NCBI GenBank assembly: GCA_965279035.1
Contig: OZ257142.1
Coordinates: 192,001 to 256,000 of the forward strand
DNA: 64,000 bases
DNA from: Bacteroidia bacterium
GTDB lineage: Bacteria; Bacteroidota; Bacteroidia; M30B66
Direction of reading: 5' to 3'
Shown here: piece by piece, positions 60,654-64,000 of the stretch
Layout of the letters: each line of letters begins with the position of its first letter
Position numbering within the stretch: the stretch's first letter is position 1
The notes under the pieces: generated by a model
Seen by the model: only the letters and a program-made list of their open reading frames with translations
The model's database searches: none
Told to the model about the DNA's origin: nothing
Program-made: the position numbers and the translations under genes

Positions 60654-61664
60654 ATGAGAATCATTATACCAATGGCAGGCATGGGCAAACGCATGCGCCC
60701 TCACACACTTGTCACCCCAAAACCTTTAATTGAATTTGCTGGCAAACCGATGGTTCACCACATTGTGGAAGAACTCGCCAAAACCTGTCATGAACCTATC
60801 GAAGAGATTGCGTTTGTGATTGGAAACTTTGGTAAAGAAGCCGAAAAAAGCCTGATTGCAGTTGCCGAAAAAGTAGGTGCAAAAGGCAGCATTTATTATC
60901 AAGAAGAAGCGCTCGGAACAGCTCACGCCGTTTTATGTGCAGCCGAATCGATGCAAGGAAAACTCATCATCGCCTTTGCTGATACACTTTTCAAAGCGAA
61001 TTTCGTTCTCGACGAATCGAAAGATGCCGTGATTTGGGTTCAACAAGTTGAAGATCCTCGCCCTTTTGGTGTGGTGAAAGTGAACGAAGAAGGTAACATC
61101 ACCGATTTCGTTGAAAAGCCTGCTGAATTCGTTTCCGACTTAGCAATTATTGGTATTTACTATTTCCGCGATGGTGAGAATTTACGTTCCGAATTGCAGT
61201 ATTTGATTGATAACGACCTAAAAGAAAAAGGCGAATATCAAATCACCAACGCCCTCGAAAACATGAAGCAAAAAGGGCTCAAATTCGCCCCCGGCAAAGT
61301 GATCGAATGGCTCGACTGTGGTAATAAGAATGCTACTGTTTACACACATTCCCGCTGGTTGGAATTGAAAAGAGGTGAGCAATTGATTGATGCTTCACTG
61401 GTGAAAGAAAATGCTTTAGTGATTGAGCCGTGCTACATTGGAAAAGGCGTAAAGATTATCGGATCGGTAGTTGGGCCCCATGTTTCGATAGCTGATGGTA
61501 GCTTGATTGAAAATTCAGTGATTCAAAATTCGATCATCCAGAAAAATACGCGCATCCGAAACAGCGTTATTGGTAACTCGATGATTGGAAATTCGGCAGA
61601 GATTCAAAACCAGATGCTCGATTTGAGTGTTGGAGATTATTCCGTGATTTCAACCGGGAATTAA
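60654..61664 (+). CDS. Sugar-phosphate nucleotidyltransferase
   Basis: PMAGMGKRMRPHT..PKPL, FVEKP, WLDCG and C-terminal hexapeptide repeats. Confidence 0.9.
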   Translation: MRIIIPMAGMGKRMRPHTLVTPKPLIEFAGKPMVHHIVEELAKTCHEPIEEIAFVIGNFGKEAEKSLIAVAEKVGAKGSIYYQEEALGTAHAVLCAAESMQGKLIIAFADTLFKANFVLDESKDAVIWVQQVEDPRPFGVVKVNEEGNITDFVEKPAEFVSDLAIIGIYYFRDGENLRSELQYLIDNDLKEKGEYQITNALENMKQKGLKFAPGKVIEWLDCGNKNATVYTHSRWLELKRGEQLIDASLVKENALVIEPCYIGKGVKIIGSVVGPHVSIADGSLIENSVIQNSIIQKNTRIRNSVIGNSMIGNSAEIQNQMLDLSVGDYSVISTGN

Positions 61665-61673
61665 ATCCTTAAA

Positions 61674-63416
61674 ATGCATCAACTAAAATTTGTTTTTTAT
61701 ACTATAGTGCTTCTTGGACTTTTGTCTTCCTGCAAAAACAAGCAGGTTGGCTCGTCCGATAAGAATCCTTCTGCTTCCTCTGCTCTCACCGAAAAAGAAC
61801 GTCTCGATTTTGAGGTTTTGTTTTTTGATGCTGAGAAAGAAAAGCTACTTGGTAATTTTAGCCAAGCTCAAACGAAGTTTCAACAAGCCATTCGCATCAA
61901 CCCAAGAGCTGCTGCAGCACATTTTGAATTGAGTCAGGTTTATTTGCAAACGGGCAATAAAGACTTAGCAGAATTAAGTGGTAAAACGGCTGTTCGTTTC
62001 GACGAAAATAACAAATGGTATAAGCTTGCATTGGCCGATATCTATGCACGCAACGATAAATATGCTGAGGTAGTTCCATTGATGGAAAGTCTGCATAAAA
62101 AGGAGCCAAACAACGAAGATTATTTATATGGATTAGGTTCGGCACTTGTGCAAACGGGTAAATTCGACGAAGCAGCTAAAGTGTACAACAAATTAGAGGC
62201 ATTGGTTGGAATTAACGAAGAGTTGATTCTTCAAAAGAAAAACCTCTATATGCGTTTGGGCAAAACCGATAAAGCCATTGCAGAAATTAATCGGCTGATG
62301 GCGGCATTTCCCGAAGAAGTTGGCTATCGTGGCTTTCTAGCGGAGATTTATGAAGCCACCAAACAACCCGAAAAAGCGTTGGCTGAGTACAATGAGATTT
62401 TACGTCTCGATCCGGACAATCCCAATGTTCGATTTTCTTTAGCTGAATATTATCGTGCGCAGGGCGACAAAGAGAAATCGTATCAGGAATTGAAGAAAGC
62501 CTTTGCAAACCCAGAGAGTTCCTTGGAGTTGAAAATGCAGGTGCTTTCCTCCTATTTCGAAATCACTGCCCAATATCCCGAGTTGAAATATCAAGCGATG
62601 GAATTATGTCGCGAACTGGTGGCAGCACATCCCGAAGATCCACAAGCACATGCTGTTTACGGAGATTTTCTACTTCGCGAAGAGAAACTCAATGAAGCGC
62701 GCGATCAATACATGTTAGTGTTAGAAGCCGACAAAGGGCGCTATTCGGTTTGGAATCAGATTTTGTTGATTGATTCGGAATTGAAGAACTACCAAAGCAT
62801 GTTCGATTTGAGTAAAGAAGCGATGGAATTGTTTCCATATCAACCTACTTTATTTCTCTACAATGGCATTGCAGCTATGCAATTGAAGCAATACGACAAA
62901 GCCATTGAATCGCTAAAGGGCGGTGCAGATGTTACTATTGGCAACTCAGCATTATCATCGCAATTCTATGCATCGATGGGCGACAGTTACAATTACATGA
63001 CGAAGTTCAATGAAAGCAATGATGCGTATGAGAAAGCCTTGAAATACGATGCGGCAAATACATACGTATTAAACAATTACGCGTATTACTTGTCACTGCG
63101 CAAAGAAAACCTTCCTCGTGCGAAAGAATTGTCTGAGAAATGCAATGAACTTCAACCTGGAAATGCTTCGTTTCAAGACACTTACGCTTGGATATTGTTT
63201 CAGATGAATGATTTAGAAAATGCATCTATTTGGATTGATAAAGCCATCGAAAATGGGGGAATTCGTAGCGGTACGATCATGGAACACAAAGGCGATATTT
63301 TGATCAAACAAGGCAAAACAAACGATGCATTGGACTTTTGGAGAAGGGCAAAAGAACTCGGTGGAACGAGCGATAAATTGGACCAGAAAATCAGTCAGCA
63401 AAAATATTCGGAGTAA
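61674..63416 (+). CDS. TPR-repeat lipoprotein
   Basis: Lipobox LSSC and multiple TPRs (LNNYAYYL, DTYAWIL, EHKGDIL). Confidence 0.9.
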   Translation: MHQLKFVFYTIVLLGLLSSCKNKQVGSSDKNPSASSALTEKERLDFEVLFFDAEKEKLLGNFSQAQTKFQQAIRINPRAAAAHFELSQVYLQTGNKDLAELSGKTAVRFDENNKWYKLALADIYARNDKYAEVVPLMESLHKKEPNNEDYLYGLGSALVQTGKFDEAAKVYNKLEALVGINEELILQKKNLYMRLGKTDKAIAEINRLMAAFPEEVGYRGFLAEIYEATKQPEKALAEYNEILRLDPDNPNVRFSLAEYYRAQGDKEKSYQELKKAFANPESSLELKMQVLSSYFEITAQYPELKYQAMELCRELVAAHPEDPQAHAVYGDFLLREEKLNEARDQYMLVLEADKGRYSVWNQILLIDSELKNYQSMFDLSKEAMELFPYQPTLFLYNGIAAMQLKQYDKAIESLKGGADVTIGNSALSSQFYASMGDSYNYMTKFNESNDAYEKALKYDAANTYVLNNYAYYLSLRKENLPRAKELSEKCNELQPGNASFQDTYAWILFQMNDLENASIWIDKAIENGGIRSGTIMEHKGDILIKQGKTNDALDFWRRAKELGGTSDKLDQKISQQKYSE

Positions 63417-64000
63417 GTGAAGAAACTCATCCTACCAGCAATCTGGCTCCTTTTAAGTATTTTAACGATAAACAGTTATTCCTGCAAATCCAAAAAAGAA
63501 GCAGTCAATTCGCCTAAACCGGAGATTATACAAACACCTCCAAATTCAGGTTTACTAAATTCAATTCCAGATAGTCTTTCTAATGCCATTTATGCGGCTG
63601 ATGTTCCGATTAAATGGTTTAGTGCTAAGGTTTCGGCCAATACCGATATCGACAAACAAACCAATTCTTTTTCTGCAAACCTGCGTTTGAAAAGAGATAG
63701 TGCCATTTGGATGTCGATTTCGCCTGCACTTGGAATTGAAGTCGCAAGAGCACTTATTACTCCCGATTCGCTTAAATTCATCAATCGTTTAAACGGTACT
63801 TATTTCAAAGGCAATTATCAATACTTAAATAAATTGCTTCAGATTGAGGTGAATTTCAAGATGGTACAAGCCATTTTATTGGGAAATGCCTATCTACATT
63901 ATACTGTTGAAAATTATGTGAGCGACAGTGAAAATGGTGACTTGGTTCTGAGCACCTTGAAGAAGCGTAAAATTCGACGTGAAAACGAGCTTGATATACC
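63417..64000 (+). CDS. DUF4292-like lipoprotein (3'-truncated; absent from the ORF track)
   Basis: GTG start immediately after the TPR stop. Reads MKKLILPAIWLLLSILTINSYSCKSKK...LRLKRDSAIWMSISPALGIEVARALITPDS and appears open to the window end. Confidence 0.85.
   Translation, partial: MKKLILPAIWLLLSILTINSYSCKSKKEAVNSPKPEIIQTPPNSGLLNSIPDSLSNAIYAADVPIKWFSAKVSANTDIDKQTNSFSANLRLKRDSAIWMSISPALGIEVARALITPDSLKFINRLNGTYFKGNYQYLNKLLQIEVNFKMVQAILLGNAYLHYTVENYVSDSENGDLVLSTLKKRKIRRENELDI

Noticed and set aside
165-63784. Numerous 60-180 aa ORFs nested in or antisense to long genes
   Set aside because: They lie within well-supported CDSs and have no motifs, so I treated them as shadow ORFs.

Overview
A 64 kb chromosomal window from a member of Bacteroidota. 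The evidence is six proteins with T9SS type-A C-terminal sorting domains, TAnnTTTG promoter boxes, a CzcA-TolC fusion and a flippase-dut-nucleotidyltransferase-TPR-DUF4292 operon. Most of the window is housekeeping or transport: nrdA (5'-truncated), a TetR-controlled RND pump, sodA, hemL, gcvP, queA, mlaEF, a pabB-like gene, tilS, lemA-TPM-TPM, a heavy-metal RND pump, a TPP-riboswitch-led TonB-dependent receptor, namZ, a lolC/E-like permease, trmB, pnuC, trhO and dut. I saw no rRNA, tRNA, CRISPR array, integrase or transposase. The segment ~48.2-56.8 kb looks accessory. It holds a secreted T9SS protein, a pseudoknot-like non-coding element, an antitoxin/PIN-toxin pair and a SRPBCC-EVE-MarR operon. 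It also holds the most notable feature: a 2.6 kb FG-GAP-repeat T9SS gene between two ~139 bp direct repeats, each a pair of REP-like palindromes, giving a cassette-like unit. Also worth follow-up are a TPP aptamer with an extra hairpin in J2/4 and a candidate small RNA downstream of nrdA. All product calls come from motif recognition by eye; no database searches were run.
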